Shown here: positions 14,150 through 27,325 of the stretch, piece after piece
Numbering within the stretch: the stretch's first letter is position 1
Layout of the letters: each line of letters begins with the position of its first letter
DNA from: Ginglymostoma cirratum
Lineage: Eukaryota
Reading direction: 5' to 3'
NCBI GenBank assembly: GCA_024137785.1
Contig: JAHRHZ010000025.1
Location: 26,892,989 to 26,956,988 of the forward strand
DNA length: 64,000 nt
Program-made: the position numbers and the translations under genes
Notes under the pieces: model-generated
Seen by the model: the letters and a program-made list of their open reading frames with translations, nothing else
Told to the model about the DNA's origin: nothing
Database searches by the model: none

Positions 14150-15660
14150 CTTATGAGAATAGAAGGTCAAAGCTGCACAAATATCCCATCCAAAATGATA
14201 AAGGAGCCCAGCACATCTGCGCAAAAGAGAAGATTGAAGGATATGCGTCCCTCTTCAGCCAAATAAGCCAAGTATGATCCATCTCATTTCCTCCAGTGGC
14301 CCCTACCGTCACAGATGTCTGTTGCCAACCATTAAATTCACACCACATGATACCAAGAAATGGCTGAAGGCACTGGATATTGCAAAGTCTATAAGTCCTG
14401 ACAGCATTCCAGCAATAATATTGAAGACATGTGCTTCAGAACTAGCTGCACTCCTAGCCAAGCTGTTTCATCACAGCTACAACATTGACATTCACTTGAC
14501 TATGTGGAAAATTGCCTAAGTGTGGCTTCTGCACAAAAACCTGAACAAATCTAATCTAGCCAATAACTGCATTATCAGTCTACTTTCCATTATCAGCAAA
14601 ATGATGCTTGACAGATCTATCAAGCAGCACTTGCAAAGGAATGACCTGCTCACTGCAGATCAGTTTATTTCTGCCAGAGTCTGACCTCTTACAGCCTTTA
14701 TCCAAACCTGGATAAAAAGAGCTGAACTCCAGAGGTGAGGTGAGAGTGACTGCCCTTTACACTAATGTTACAGTTGACAGAGTATCACATAAAGAAGCCC
14801 ATCAGTTCTGTAGTCCAGAGGAGTGAGGAGAAAGCTCTCCACTTGGAGGAACCATATCTAGCCAAAGGGAATATGGTTGTAATTGTGGGATATCAATCAT
14901 TTAGCCCCAGGACATCTCTGCAGGAGTACTTCTGGGTATTGTCCTAGGCCCAACAGTCTTCAGCTACTTCATCAATGGCCTTGCATCCATCATAAGGTTC
15001 AATAGCATTTCCATCACTGAACACTGCACTGCCAACATCCTGAGGGTAACTATTGACAGGAAACTGAACTGGATTATCCATTTAGATATAATGGCTGCAA
15101 ATGCAGGTCAGACACTCAACACTTGGCTTCCCAAAGCATATCCACCATCTTCAAGGCACAAGTCAGGAGTGTGGTTGAATACTCCATACTTGTCTGGATA
15201 AGTGCAGCTCTAGTCGCACTCAAGAAGTTCGATATGATCCAGGAAAAAGCAACCCACTTGATTAGCACTCAATCCACCACCTTCAAAATTGTGTCTTCAC
15301 CACCGATGTATGCTGGCAGCAGTGTGTACCATCTGCAAGAAACACTGCAGTAATTCACCAAGAATCCTCCAACAATGCCTTCCAAACCCACAAGTGGAAT
15401 AACAAAGGCAGCAGATGCATGGGAACATTATCACCTGCAAGTTCCCATCCAAGCTACACAACATCCCAATTTGAAATGATGTCACTGTTCTTTCACTGCT
15501 GCTATGTTAAAATCATGGAGCACTCTTCCTCACAGAACTGTGGGTGTCCCTTCACCCTATGCACTGCAGTGGTTCAAGAACTTAACTCACTACCACCTTT
15601 CCCAAAGACATTTGACAATAAATGCTGGCCTCAGCAGTGACACCCACATCCTATGAATAC
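14150..15660 (+). mobile_element. Degenerate non-LTR retrotransposon (CR1/L2 group, distinct family)
   Basis: ORF fragments ALDIAKSISPDSIPAIILKTCASELAALLAKLF and TIFKAQVRSVVEYS; 3' end aataaatgctggcctcagcagtgacacccacatcctatgaat. Confidence 0.8.
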
Positions 15661-17935
15661 ATTTTTCAAAATGTTGTATATCGGAGGCATTATAACCAGT
15701 TATGAAGATAGCTAAGGAAATGCATTTTGGTACATGTTTTCTCGTCAATCCAAAGAAACCACAGTCTTCCCATGAGAATACCCAATTTCTTCTTGAATTG
15801 TTCAATTTTATTTTACTTTCACCATCCTTCCTTAAAGTTCACCAGTTAATTATTCTTGATGTGAAGACAATCTTCCTAAAATCAGCCCTAAATTGATCGT
15901 CCAGTAAATTGATTCTCTATCTTTTATTCTAATGCCATGGTTTAGTTTAAAGCAAGGGCAGAAATTACATTTTCTATTTTGATCACAAACTTTTACACTT
16001 CCTTAAGGTCACCTTAGCTGGTTCCTTCTGCAGTTGGAAAGCACATTTCTTCATCTGCCTTTATAATTCAGCTCTTCTGGGATCAGTTGCTGCCATGACA
16101 GCTTATGTTAGTGAAACACTATTAAAAGCAGATATATGAAAATAATAGTGAAGTTCAAAATGCCATTTGAAACTTCTGAATACTACAGTTTTAGTAATAC
16201 GTATTTCTGCTTGCTTGAATTTTAAAAGTTTATGTCAGGAAACATTTTGACTTGACTTAAGCATGAATGTTAAAGCAGAGTTACCCTCTAATTGGGTTCT
16301 AATTATATCAGCAGTGATATACGAAATTTAATACATTTATTTAGAAAATAAAAAGAAAACTTGCTTGTCTATGTGTGTATATTGATGGATCATTGAGTTA
16401 ATTTGAAGTCATCTCTGAAATGTGACATATGAAGAGGGAGATGGTCGCAGTGCCTTACTTGACAAATTTACTTTAAATCACTTCACTCACTAAAATGACT
16501 TCACGCTTTATCAAGTGTAATTTTATTGTTTTCTGTTGTCACAGTACAATACACCACAGTCATACAAGGATGAAATGTTACACCTAATTACAATAATCAA
16601 TGCATAAATTTACATCACATCATTTATTGGAAGCTGCACAGAAAGTTTCTTTCAAAATACTTGTTATTAGTTTATAACTAGTTTTAGGTTTGACAAAGCC
16701 ATACTTCAATTCTTTCTTCTCGCAACATTCATAAAGTAAATCTTCTATTGAAGCTCTATGTGCTTCTCCCTGAATTCTAAATAGCAGCCTTATTCCGGCT
16801 TGTGTGTTTTTATCCTTCTAGTAAAGTCTCAAAGGACTCTTTGCTAATTGGCCCATGTCTGTATCACTGTAACTGCAATGATGTCAATCAAGTTGTGCAT
16901 TAAGTAAAGGTTTAGGTTGGAAACTTAGCTAAGCTTATACAGATAAGATTATGGCAGTGGGGTTAGTATGTTGGGTTGAATCTGTTTAACACAAATAATC
17001 CAAATGTAATTCTACCGAAGAATTGTGGCAGTGTTGGGAGCAGCAGCTGTTGATTTCAGTTCTTTAAGGATTCATTCCTTTATGGAAATCTAGACAATGA
17101 GTGTCAGCAGGCAACATAAACTGAGAACATAATGTCAGATGTAATCATGATTTCACCCAAAGTCCACACACAATCACTTTCTCCTGCTGGATCACAGTAG
17201 TGCTAGTGTCTTATTCCTCATGAATGCCATTTGAAGACCAATTTTCTCCTCCGTTGCTGTGATCCACTAACTCATCACAGATCAGCAATTAAACTTGGAA
17301 CTTCCCTGGTGAGTGTGTGGTTCAACTGCACAACATTTATCCACCATGCTGGAATGGGTGCCTGATTGGGATGACTTTCATTGTTATTTTTGTAAAGATA
17401 TCACCGCAGATTGTTGGAGAAATTAGAATGATTTCCAACGGGTGAGTGCTACAAAACATTGAAGACAGATATAAACAAATGAGCAAATTGTAGGACATTG
17501 CTCAACTAATCCTCATTAAAATTGCACTGTGACAGGAAACATGATGCCATCAGCACTGGAGAGAGGTTCACAATCCATACAGTGCCATTGTTGCCTGTAG
17601 TGGCAAAATATCATTCATGGGGAACAATAACAATACCCAGCCTGCGTGTTTTAATCTTTGAACAAAACCTCCAAGGATCGTCAGCGTTAATTTTTAATCA
17701 CTGTTTATATTTAAATCAAATTAAAAACTGCCTGAACTGCTTTTAAATTCATTATTGATTGTTTTCTCATGTTAGCATGTATTGGTGGAGCAATACATTT
17801 GCAAAGGAAAAACAAACCACCTTCACACTGAAAATGAAAGAAAAGTAACTGCTCAGGCCAGCAGGGCATAAAATTTTAGGTTCAAGATGCTGTGCACCCG
17901 TGAGTGTCTGCTGCATCCACCATAAATATACAACA

Positions 17936-20900
17936 GGGAGATGGTGGTGGACTAGCAGAACAGTGTATCCGGTGCTCATCTGATCCGTCCGCTTTTACTT
18001 TTTTTCTTCTTTCCATGATTTTTTTCTCTGTTACTTTAACGTTACTGACCTTCTGTGGAAGCTTGGCAGCACCAAGGTGTCCAGCACGAATGATGCATGT
18101 TTCTTCCCAATGGCAGCCGTGGGGAAGGGAGGTGAGAGTGTGTTCCTGATGGTGGGGGAGGGATGCAAGAGTGTGTTCCTAGTGGTGGAGAAGGGAGGTG
18201 AGAGTGTGTTCCTTGTGGTGGGGGAGGAAGGCGAGAGTTTGTTCCCAGCGGTGGGGGAGGGAGGAGAGAGCGTGTTCCTGGTGGTGGAGGAGGGATCTGA
18301 GAATCTGTTCCTGATGGTGGGGGAAGGCGGTCAGAGTATGTTACTGGCATTCAGGGAGGGAGGTGACAGTGTGTTCCTGGTAGTTGGGGAGTAAGGTGAG
18401 TGTGTATTCCTGATGGTGGAGGACGGAGGTGAGAGTGTGTTCCTGGTTGTGGAGGAGGGAGGTGAGAGTGTGTTCCTGGTCGTGGGGGAGGGAGGTGAGA
18501 AAGTGTTCCTGGTGGTGGCGGAGGGAGGTGAGAGGGTGTTCCTGGTGTTGGAAGAGGGAGGTGAGATTGTTTTCCTGATTGTGGGGGAGGGAAGCGAGAG
18601 TGTGTTCCTGGTGGTGAAGGAGGGAGGTGAGGGTGTGTTCCTGGTGGTGGGGGAGGGAGGAGAGAGTGTGTTCCTGGTGGTGAGGGAGCGAGGTGATATT
18701 GTGTTCCTGGTGTTGGGGAACGGACGCAAGTGCACGTTCCTTGTGGTGGAGGAGGAAGGTGAGAGTGTGTTCCTGGTCGTGGGGGAAGGAGGTGACAGTG
18801 TGTTCCTGGCCGTGGGTGAGGGAGGTGAGAGTATGTTCCTGGCGGCCATGGAGGGAGGTGAGAGTATGTTCCTGGCGATCAGGGAGGGAGGTGAGTGTGT
18901 GTTCCAGGTGGTGGTAGAGGGAGGTGATAGTGTGTTCCCTGGTGGTGCAAGAGGGCAGTGAGACTACTTTCCTGGTGGTGTGGAAGGGAGGGGAGTGTGT
19001 GTACCTGGTGGTTGGGGCGGGTGGTGAGACTATGTTCCTGGTCGGGGGGAAGGGTGGTGAATGTGTGTTCCTGGTGGTGAAGGAGGGAGGCGAGAGTGTG
19101 TTCCTAGTGTTGGGGGAGGGAGTTGAGAGTGTGCTCCTGGTGGTGAGGGAGGGCAGTGAGACTATGTTCCTGGTGATGGTGGAGGGAGGTGAGAGTGTAT
19201 TCCTAGTTGTGGAGGAGGGAGGTTAGAGTGTGTTCCTGGTGGTGGAGGAGTCAGGTGAGAGATTTTTCCTGATTGCGGTGGAGGGAGGCGAGAGTGTGTT
19301 CCCTGGAAGTGGAGGAGGGAGTTGAGAATGTGTTCCTGGTGGTGGGGGAGGGAAGTGAGAGTGTGTTCCTTGTGGTGGAGGAGTCAGGTGAGAGATTTTT
19401 CCTGATTGTGGTGGAGGGAGGCGAGAGTGTGTTCCCTGGAAGTGGAGGAGGGAGTTGAGAATGTGTTCCTGGTGGTGGGGGAGGGAAGTGAGAGTGTGTT
19501 CCTTGGTGGTGGAGGAGGAAGGTGAGAGTGTGTTCCTGGTGGTGGGGGAGGGAGGAGAGAGTGTGTTCCTGGTTGTGGAGGAGGGAGGTGAGATTGTTTT
19601 CCTGATTGTGGGGGAGGGAGGCGAGAGTGTTTTGCTGATTGTGGGGGAGGGAGGTGAGAGTGTGTTCCCTGGTAGTGGAGGAGGGAGTTGAGAGTGTGTT
19701 CCTGGTGGTGGAGGAGGGAGGTGAGAGTGTGTTCCTGGTCGTGGGGGATGGAGGTGAGACTGTGTTCCCTGGTGGTGGGGAAGGGAGGCGAGAGTGTGTT
19801 CCTGGTGGTGGGGGAGGGAGGCGACAGTGTGTTCCTGGTGTTGAATGAGGGAGGTGAGAGTGTTTTCCTGATTGTGGGGGAGGGAGAAGAGAGTGTGTTC
19901 CTGGTGGTGGGGGAGGGCAGTGAGACTATGTTCCTTGTGATGGTGGAGGGAGGTGAGAGTGTATTCCTGGTTGTGGAGGAGGGAGGTTAGAGTGTGTTCC
20001 TGGTTGTGGAGGAGGGAGGTGAGAGTGGGTTCCTTGTCACTGGGGAGTGAGGTGAGCGTGTGATCACGGCGGTGGGGGAGGGAGGTGAGATTGTGTTCCT
20101 GGTGGTGGAGGAGCGATTTGAGAGTGGAGGAGGGCGATGAGAATATGTTCCTGGTGGTGGGGCAGGGAGGTTAGAGTGTGTTCCTTGTTGTCGGGGAGGG
20201 AGGTGAGAATGTGATCACAATGGTGAGGGACCGAGGTGAGTGGGTTTTCCTGGTGGTGGGGGAGAGCGGCGAGAGTGTGTTCCTGGTGGTGTGGGAAGGA
20301 GGCGAGAGTGTTTTCCTGGTAGTTGGGGAGGGAGGTCAGAGTACTTTCCTGGTGGTCAGGGAGGGAGGTGAGTGTGTGTTCCAGCTGGTGGTGGAGGGAG
20401 GTGAGAGTGTGTTCCTGGTGGTGGGGAAGGGAGATGAGAGTGTGCTCCTCGTGGTGGGGGAGGGAGGTGAGCATGTGTTCCTGGTGATGGGAGGGGGAGG
20501 TGAGAGTGTGTTCCTGGTGCTGTGGGAGGGAGGTGAGAATGGGTTCCTGGTGCTGTGGGAGGGAGGTGAGAATGGGTTCCTGGTGGTGCCAGAGGGAGGT
20601 AAGATTGTGCTCCCTGGTGGTGGAGGAGGGAAGCAAGTGTGTGTTCCTGGCGGTGGGTGAGGGAGGCGAGAATGTGTTCCTGGTGGTGGAGGAGGTAGGT
20701 GAGTGTGTGTTTCTGATGTTGCAGTTGGGCAGTGAGAGTATGTTCCTGGTGGTGAGGGATGGAGGCGAGACTGTTTTCCTGGTGGTGGGGAAGGGAGGCG
20801 AGAGTGTGCTCCTGGTGGTTGGGGAGAGAAGCGAGTTTGGGCCAGTGCCCGGTGTAGGTTCCGGCTGCTTCAGCAGCAGCTGCATTGCCAAGATCAGTCC

Positions 20901-21210
20901 AGCGCAGACCCGTGGCAGCAGCATCATCAGTGATGGCAAGATGGCGACAGGCGGGGTTGCGATGGGACTCGAGGTTGGCTGACCTCTTCCTGATGGTGTT
21001 GGTCTCTCTACATCCGATAGGGAGGGCCTGGATCTCGGCCCATGGCCAGCCAATTAAGAAGGACTGTAATGTTGAACTTTATTTTCTACTTTATACCTAA
21101 AATTTTGTGTCTGGACAATTTTTTATCTGAAATGGCACCAGGAATGTTTGTCTACGCTTTTCATTGTATCCTGTATCCCTGTACTTGAGTATATGTGACA
21201 TTAAAATCTA
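17936..21210 (+). mobile_element. Putative non-autonomous retroelement hosting the minisatellite
   Basis: Unique 5' segment (gagatggtggtgg... plus a T-rich tract). The 3' segment ends cttttcattgtatc...gagtatatgtgacattaaa, similar to the Rex1 3' end at 4470-4515 (-). Possible degenerate TSD at 17921-17935 and 21218-21233. Confidence 0.5.
18118..20835. repeat. G-rich 33-bp minisatellite, ~82 units, consensus GGAGGTGAGAGTGTGTTCCTGGTGGTGGGGGAG
   Basis: Directly visible tandem periodicity; translates as the 11-aa repeats EGGESVFLVVG (+) and RNTLSPPSPTT (-). Confidence 0.97.
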
Positions 21211-21808
21211 AGTCACTCATAAAAACCACAACACTATCCTTTGATTTCTGTGGGAGACAGTAGGCCATTCATAAACATTTCGGGCAAGTTTACCCAATGT
21301 TACATAACATCATTAAGAACAGGCAACAGGTGGGCCCAAAACAGTGAACAGCACCTAAAAAAGAAAGAAGAAGGAGGACCCTCTGCTTCGGAAGCAGCAT
21401 AAGAGAGCGTGAGCACAGCAGCTTCATAAAAAGAATAGCTCTATGTGCAAATGGCTGTGGTGGTTGTGAGATACAAAACCAGCAGCAGACAGTTTCTTCT
21501 ACTTCTTTTAACCTGTCCAAGCCAAGTGGGATGTCAGAGGTTATTCAAGTCGGTGACCACTGGGTAACTTTTCCATGTCTCCTTTGCTTGGCCAAGTGGT
21601 TAAAATCAAGGGAGTTTATTTCCGCTGAAGATTCCAGTTAATAAGTTCAATTTTAAAATATTTAACATCTAAATTAATGAGTCAGATGGAGTTGAGATTA
21701 CTGGGCAGGGGAATGTGTTGCTGCTAGAGTATATGGATACTGTTGCAATCCACGGTGTCAACATCTGCAGCAAGTGTTGACTCCTTGAGGATTGTCAGAT
21801 CCATTGCA

Positions 21809-22143
21809 GGGAGGCAATGGCCTAGTGGTATTATCGCTGGACTGTTCTGAGGACCTGGGTTCAAATCCCGCCATTGCAGATGAAGGAAATTGAACTGAAA
21901 CAAAAAGAAATCTGGAATTAAGAGTCTCATGATGACCGTGAATCCGTCGCCAATTGTTGGAAAAATCCATCTGGTTCACTAATGTCCTTGAGAGAAGGAA
22001 ACTCCTATCCTTACCTGCTCTGGCCTACATGTGACTCCAGACCCATAGCAATTGGTTGACTCTTAACTGCCCTCTGGGCAATTAGGAATGGGCATATAAA
22101 TGTAGACCTAGCCAGCGATGCCGTCATCTTGTGAATGAATAAA
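21809..22143 (+). mobile_element. tRNA-derived SINE with LINE-like 3' tail
   Basis: A box TGGCCTAGTGG at 21818-21828 and B box GGTTCAAATCC at 21858-21868. The tail ataaatg..g.cctagccagcgatgcc..catc.tgtgaat matches the LINE end at 15617-15658. Confidence 0.85.
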
Positions 22144-23195
22144 GGGGGAGAGAAAAAAGCTCAGACTTGGAGTCTGAGCTGTGAATGCTGCAACGTGTCA
22201 GGGAGGGAACGGTGTAACTAGACATTCTGTTTCAGGAGGCAATCACACTCTTAGATTACTTGAATCAAACATTGTTCCAGGGGCAGGAAGGTGTGACTGT
22301 GTGAGATGTAGGTATGGGGATCTGTAATTGGGCCTTGCAAAAGCCTCAACAAGTACCTTGTCAAATAAGAACAAGGTTCTTGCTCCTGGTGTGGAAGTGA
22401 GCATAGACTGCAGGGAGGTTTGACACTTGGCCACCGAACCATGAGACTAGCCACCATTCAAGTGGGGGTGAGAAAAGAGGACTGTAGTAGTAATAGGGGA
22501 TAGCATGGTCAGGGGAATCGATAATGTTTTCTTCAGCAAAGGTAGAGAGTCTGAAGGCTCTTTTATCTGCCTAGTGCCAAGATTTAGGGCATCTCCACTA
22601 GGCTGGAGAGGAACTTAAAGTGGAGGGGAAGGTCCAGTTGTTATGGTCCACATAAGTACCAACAGGTAGGACTAGGAAAGAGGCTCTGCCGAGTAATTAT
22701 GAGCAATTCAGGGCTGGATTAAAAAGAACAACAAAGATAAAATCTCTGGATTACTACCTGAGCCACATACAAATTGGTGTAAGGTAATAAGATTAGAGAG
22801 GTAAATGCACCGCTCAGTGAACTGTGTGGGGGAAATGCGTTCTGGTTCATGGGGCACTAGCTCTAACACTGCAGAAAGACGCCTGCTCTGTTGGGACAGG
22901 CTTTATTTGAATCATGCTGAAACTAGTGCCCTGGTGAATTGTATAGTCGGGTTGTAGTTAGGGTTGTAAACTAATTAGTTTGGATGGGGGTGGACAAGTG
23001 GGAGTTCCGTCGAAGAGTCGTATAAAAATCAAAACGAATAAGACAACAGAAGCACAGAATAGTGAAGAGGCGAATAATAATCAAAGCATAATAGGAAAGG
23101 GAAGAAAATCTACTTAGAAGAGTTCAACAGAACTTAGAGCCAGAGTAAGTAAAAGAGGTAGAAAGTCAAAGCTTAAGGCTCTTAAAGAGGCTGTT

Positions 23196-25720
23196 ACAGA
23201 GTAATAGAGTCATAGAAATGTACAGCACGGAAACAAACCCTTCGGTCCAACTTGTCCATGCCGACCAGATATCCTAAATTAATCTAGTCCCATTTGCCAG
23301 CATTTGGCCCATATCCCTTTAAACCCTCTCTATTCATATACCCATCTTAATGCCTTTAGGTGGCACAGTTGTTAGCACTACTGCCTCTGAGTACCAAGGA
23401 CCTGGGTTCAATTCCAGCCTCAGGTGACTGTCTCTACGGAATTTGCACATTCTTCCCATTTTTGTGTGGGTTTCCTCTGGCTGCTCTGGCTTTCTCCCAC
23501 AGTCTGAAGATGTGCAGATTAGGTGGATTGGCCATGCTAAATTGCCCATAGCGTCCATGGATGTGCAGGTTAGGTGAAATAGCCATGGGAAATGCAGGGG
23601 GTGTGGTGAGTCTGGATGGGATGCTCTTCAGAGAGTCGGTGCAGACATGTTGGGTGGAATGGCCTCTTTCCACACCGAGGGATTCTATATAAAATAATGT
23701 TGTAATGGTACCAGCCTCCTCCAATTCCTCTGGCAGCTCATTCCATACACGCACCACGCTCTGCATGAAGAAATTGCCCCTCAGGTCCCTCTTAAATGTT
23801 TCTCCTCTCACCTTAAACCTATGCCTTCTGGTTTTGAACTCCCCCACCCTGGGTAAAAGATCTTGTTTATTTACCCTATCTATGCCTCTCATGATTTTAT
23901 AAACCTCTATAAGGTCATCCTTCAGCCTCCGACGCTCCAGGGAAAACAGCCCCAGCCTATTCAGCTTCTCCCTATAATCCTGGTAACATTCTTGCAAATC
24001 TTTTCTGAACCCTTTCAAGTTTCACAGCATCCTTCCTATAATAGAAAGACCAGAATTGCATGTTGCATTCCAAAAGAGGCCTTACCAAATGTTCTGGACA
24101 GCCGCAACATGACCTCCCAACTCCTATACTGAATGCACTAACCAATATAGGCAAGCATACCAAACATCGTCTTCACTATCATATCTACCTGTGACTCCAC
24201 TTTCAAGGAACTATGAACCTGCACTCCAAGGCCTCTTAGTTTGGCTACACTCCCCAGAACCTTACCATTAAGCATATGAGTCCTGTCCTGATTTGTCTTT
24301 CCAAAATGTAGCACCTCATATTTGCCTAAATTAAACTCTACCTGCCACTCCTCTGCCCGTTTGCCCATCTGATTAAGATCTTGGTGTAATGTGAAGAAAC
24401 CTTCTTTGCTGTCCAGTACACCTCTAATTTTGGTATCATCTGCAAACTTATTAACCATACCTCTCATGTTCACATCCAAATCATTAATGTAAATGACAAA
24501 ATTCAATGGACCCAGCAACGATCCTTGTAGCACATTACTGATCACAGGCCTCCAGTCTGAAAAGCAACCCTCCACCACAGCCATCCTCTTGTTTCCTGCC
24601 TTGAAGCTAGTTCTATATCCAAATGGTTGGTTCTCCCTGTATTCTATGTGATCTAAGCTTGCTAACCAGTCTACCATGAGGAACCTTGTCAAATGCCTTA
24701 TTGAAGTCCATATTGATGACAGCCACTGCTCTGCCCTCATCAATCCTCTTCATCATTTCTTCAAAAAACTCAATCAAGTTAGTGAGACATGATCTCTGAC
24801 ACACAAAGCCATGTTGACTATCTCTAATCAGTCATTGTCTTTCCAAATACATGTAAATCCTGTCACTGAGGATTCCCTCCAACAACATGTCCACAACTGA
24901 TGTGAAGCCCACTGGTCTATAGTTCCATGGCATTTCCTTAACACCTTTCTTAAAGAATAGGACCATGGTAGCTACCTCCTGTCTTTCAGCACCTCAGCTA
25001 TGGCTATCGATGATACAAATATCTTAGCAAGGGGCTCAGCCATCAGTTCCCTAGTTTCCCACAGAGTTCTAGGGTACACAGAATCAGGTCCTGGGGATTT
25101 GTCCACCTTTATGCGTTTAACATGTCCAGCACTTCTTCCTCTGTAATATAGACATTGTCAAGATGTCACTATTTATTTCCTCAAGCTCTTTATCTTCCAT
25201 ATCCTTCTCCACAGTAAACACTGCTGCAAAATAGTCATCTAGTATCTCCCCCATCTTCTGTGGGTCCACACGTAGGCAGCCTTGCTGGTCTTTAAGGGGC
25301 CCTAATCTCTCCCTAGTTACCTTTTGTCCTTAATGTATTTGTAGAATCCATTTGGATGCTCCTTAACTCTATTTACCACAGCTATCTCATGTCCCCTTTT
25401 TGCCCTCCTATTTTCCCTCTTCAGTATACTTCTACTGCCCTTATACTCTTCTAGGGATTCACTCGATCTCTGCTGTCTATACCTGACATATGCTTCCTTC
25501 TTATTCTTGACAAAAACCTCAATTTCTCTAGTCATCCAGCATTCCCTATACCTACCAACCTAGCCCTTCACCTTAACAGGAACATACAGTCTCTGGACTC
25601 TCAATATCTCATTTTTGAAGTCTTCCCATTTTTCAGCCGTCCCTTTACCTGCGAATATCCACTCCCAATCAACTTTTGAAAGTTCTTGCCTAATACCATC
25701 AAAATTGGCCTTCCTGGAAT
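23196..25720 (-). mobile_element. 5'-truncated CR1 LINE (HER1-like), relatively young
   Basis: SCLTNLIEFFEE, DFNKAFDKVPHGRL, QGSLLGP, YINDLD..KFADDTK and RGNFFMQSVVRVWNELP; (TGACTCTA)n-type tail at ~23196-23215. Confidence 0.92.
23359..23690 (+). mobile_element. V-SINE (HE1-like)
   Basis: tRNA-like head (tggcacagttg, B box ggttcaattcc), V-domain-like gtgggtttcctctggctgctctggctttctcccacagtc, and a CR1-like tail gaatggcctctttccacacc..ggattctat. It interrupts the CR1 on the opposite strand. Confidence 0.88.
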
Positions 25721-27019
25721 TGACATGACCAAGATGGATGACCAAGACTGTGGGTTTAATATTCAATGGCATTCAAACTTCCTGAAGAATAAGTGAATAG
25801 GAAAAGGAGTTGGGGTAGCTTTGTTAATAAGAGAAGGTATCTGAGTGGTAAAGAATTGAGATGTAGATGCAATTGATCATGAGTTTGGGTAAAAATAAGG
25901 AATAGTAAAGGAATTAAGTCAAGGATGGGAATGCGGCAATGCAGCACACAGTATAAAACAGGAAATAATGGAGGTGTGTAAAAGGGCACTATGATTGTCT
26001 TCGGTGATGATAATCAGCATATGGCAATAGGAATTTGATGGGATAGGATAACATTGACGATGAATTTGGAGAGTGTATCAGGGATTATTTCTTAGGGCAG
26101 TACTTTGCAGAACCTACCTGGGAACAGGCTACTTTAGATCCAGAAATGTGTAATAAAATGTGTAATAACACCCTTGTAATTAAGGATCCTCTACAGTGTT
26201 GCAATCTCACAACATGCTAGAATTTCAAATTCAATTTGAAGAAGAATGACTCTGGTCTCAAACCAGAATCATTAACTTAAATGAGGGAAAATGTCGAGAT
26301 ATGAAGAAAGAGTTATCTAAAGTGGGCTGGAAAAATGGATTAAATGGAAACTCAGTGGATAAGCAGTGGCAGACCTTGAAGGAGGTATTTCATAACGTTC
26401 AGCAAAAATTTATTCCGGTCAAAAGGACTCTGTAAGAAGGATAAATCATCTGTGGCTAGTAAGTGGTCAAAGAGGCTATTGAGTCAAAAACTGAGGCATA
26501 CGGAGTGGGAAAAATTAGTGGTAGGCCAGGGGAATGCGATTCTTGTGATTAAAAAAAACTAAACAAGGGGGAAAAATTAATCATGAAATTAAATTGGCAA
26601 GAAACATATAAACAAGCAGCAAGAGCTCCTATAATTATATGAAAAGAAAGCGAATAGTTAAAGTAGTGTGCACTGCTTCGAGGATGTACTGGAGAATTTA
26701 TAACATGAGTCAGGGAAATGGCGGATCATTTAAACCAATATTTTGCTTCGATCAAGGTGGAGGCATTCTAAACATCTGAAAGATAACAGATAAGTGAGGT
26801 ACGAATGAAATGAAATGTCTTGTAACAGCGTCTATCACAAAAGACAAAATTAATAGGACTGAAGGCAAACAGGTTGCCAGGACCTGATGGCCTCTGTCCA
26901 GGGGGTTCAAAGGAAGTGACTGTAGAGACACTCGTAGCATTGGTTGAAATCTTCTAATTCACTGGTTTTCAGGAGCATTCCTGTGAACGGGAAAACTGCT
27001 AATATGTTGCAGTTTTTCA

Positions 27020-27325
27020 ACAAGGATGGGGACGTTTAAACAGGTTTGAACAAGTTAAGTGGGTAGACAAATGCACGGCAGATGAAGTGAAATGGGGATA
27101 AATGTGATGTTGTCCACTTTGGTAGTGAAAACAGGAAAGCAGACTATTATCTGAACGGTGATAGTTTGGGAAAGGGGGAGGTACAGTGACACCTGGATGT
27201 CCTTGTACATAAGTTACTGAAAGTAAGCAAACAGATGCAGCAGGTGATGAAGAAGACAAATGGTATATTGAATGGCAGAGCAGATTCCAAGGGCCAAATG
27301 GCCTCCTTCTGCCCCTATTTTCTAC
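27020..27325 (+). mobile_element. Internally deleted CR1 3' fragment nested in the older CR1
   Basis: Late-RT KCDVVHFG motif and the tail gggccaaatggcctccttctgcccctattttcta sit between two adjacent earlier-RT segments of the host. Confidence 0.6.

Noticed and set aside
18118-20835. CRISPR-like regular repeat
   Set aside because: Units are contiguous with no unique spacers, there are no cas genes, and the context is vertebrate.
18042-21053. Long ORFs (up to 329 aa) with EGGESVFLVV, RNTLSPPSPTT or HHQEHTLTSLP repeats
   Set aside because: A 33-bp unit is 11 codons and stop-free in several frames; ORFs occur on both strands and are broken by 1-bp indels. This is a repeat artefact, not a mucin-like gene.
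21809-21880. tRNA gene (also 23359 and 32260)
   Set aside because: A/B boxes run into SINE bodies; no complete cloverleaf or T-run terminator.
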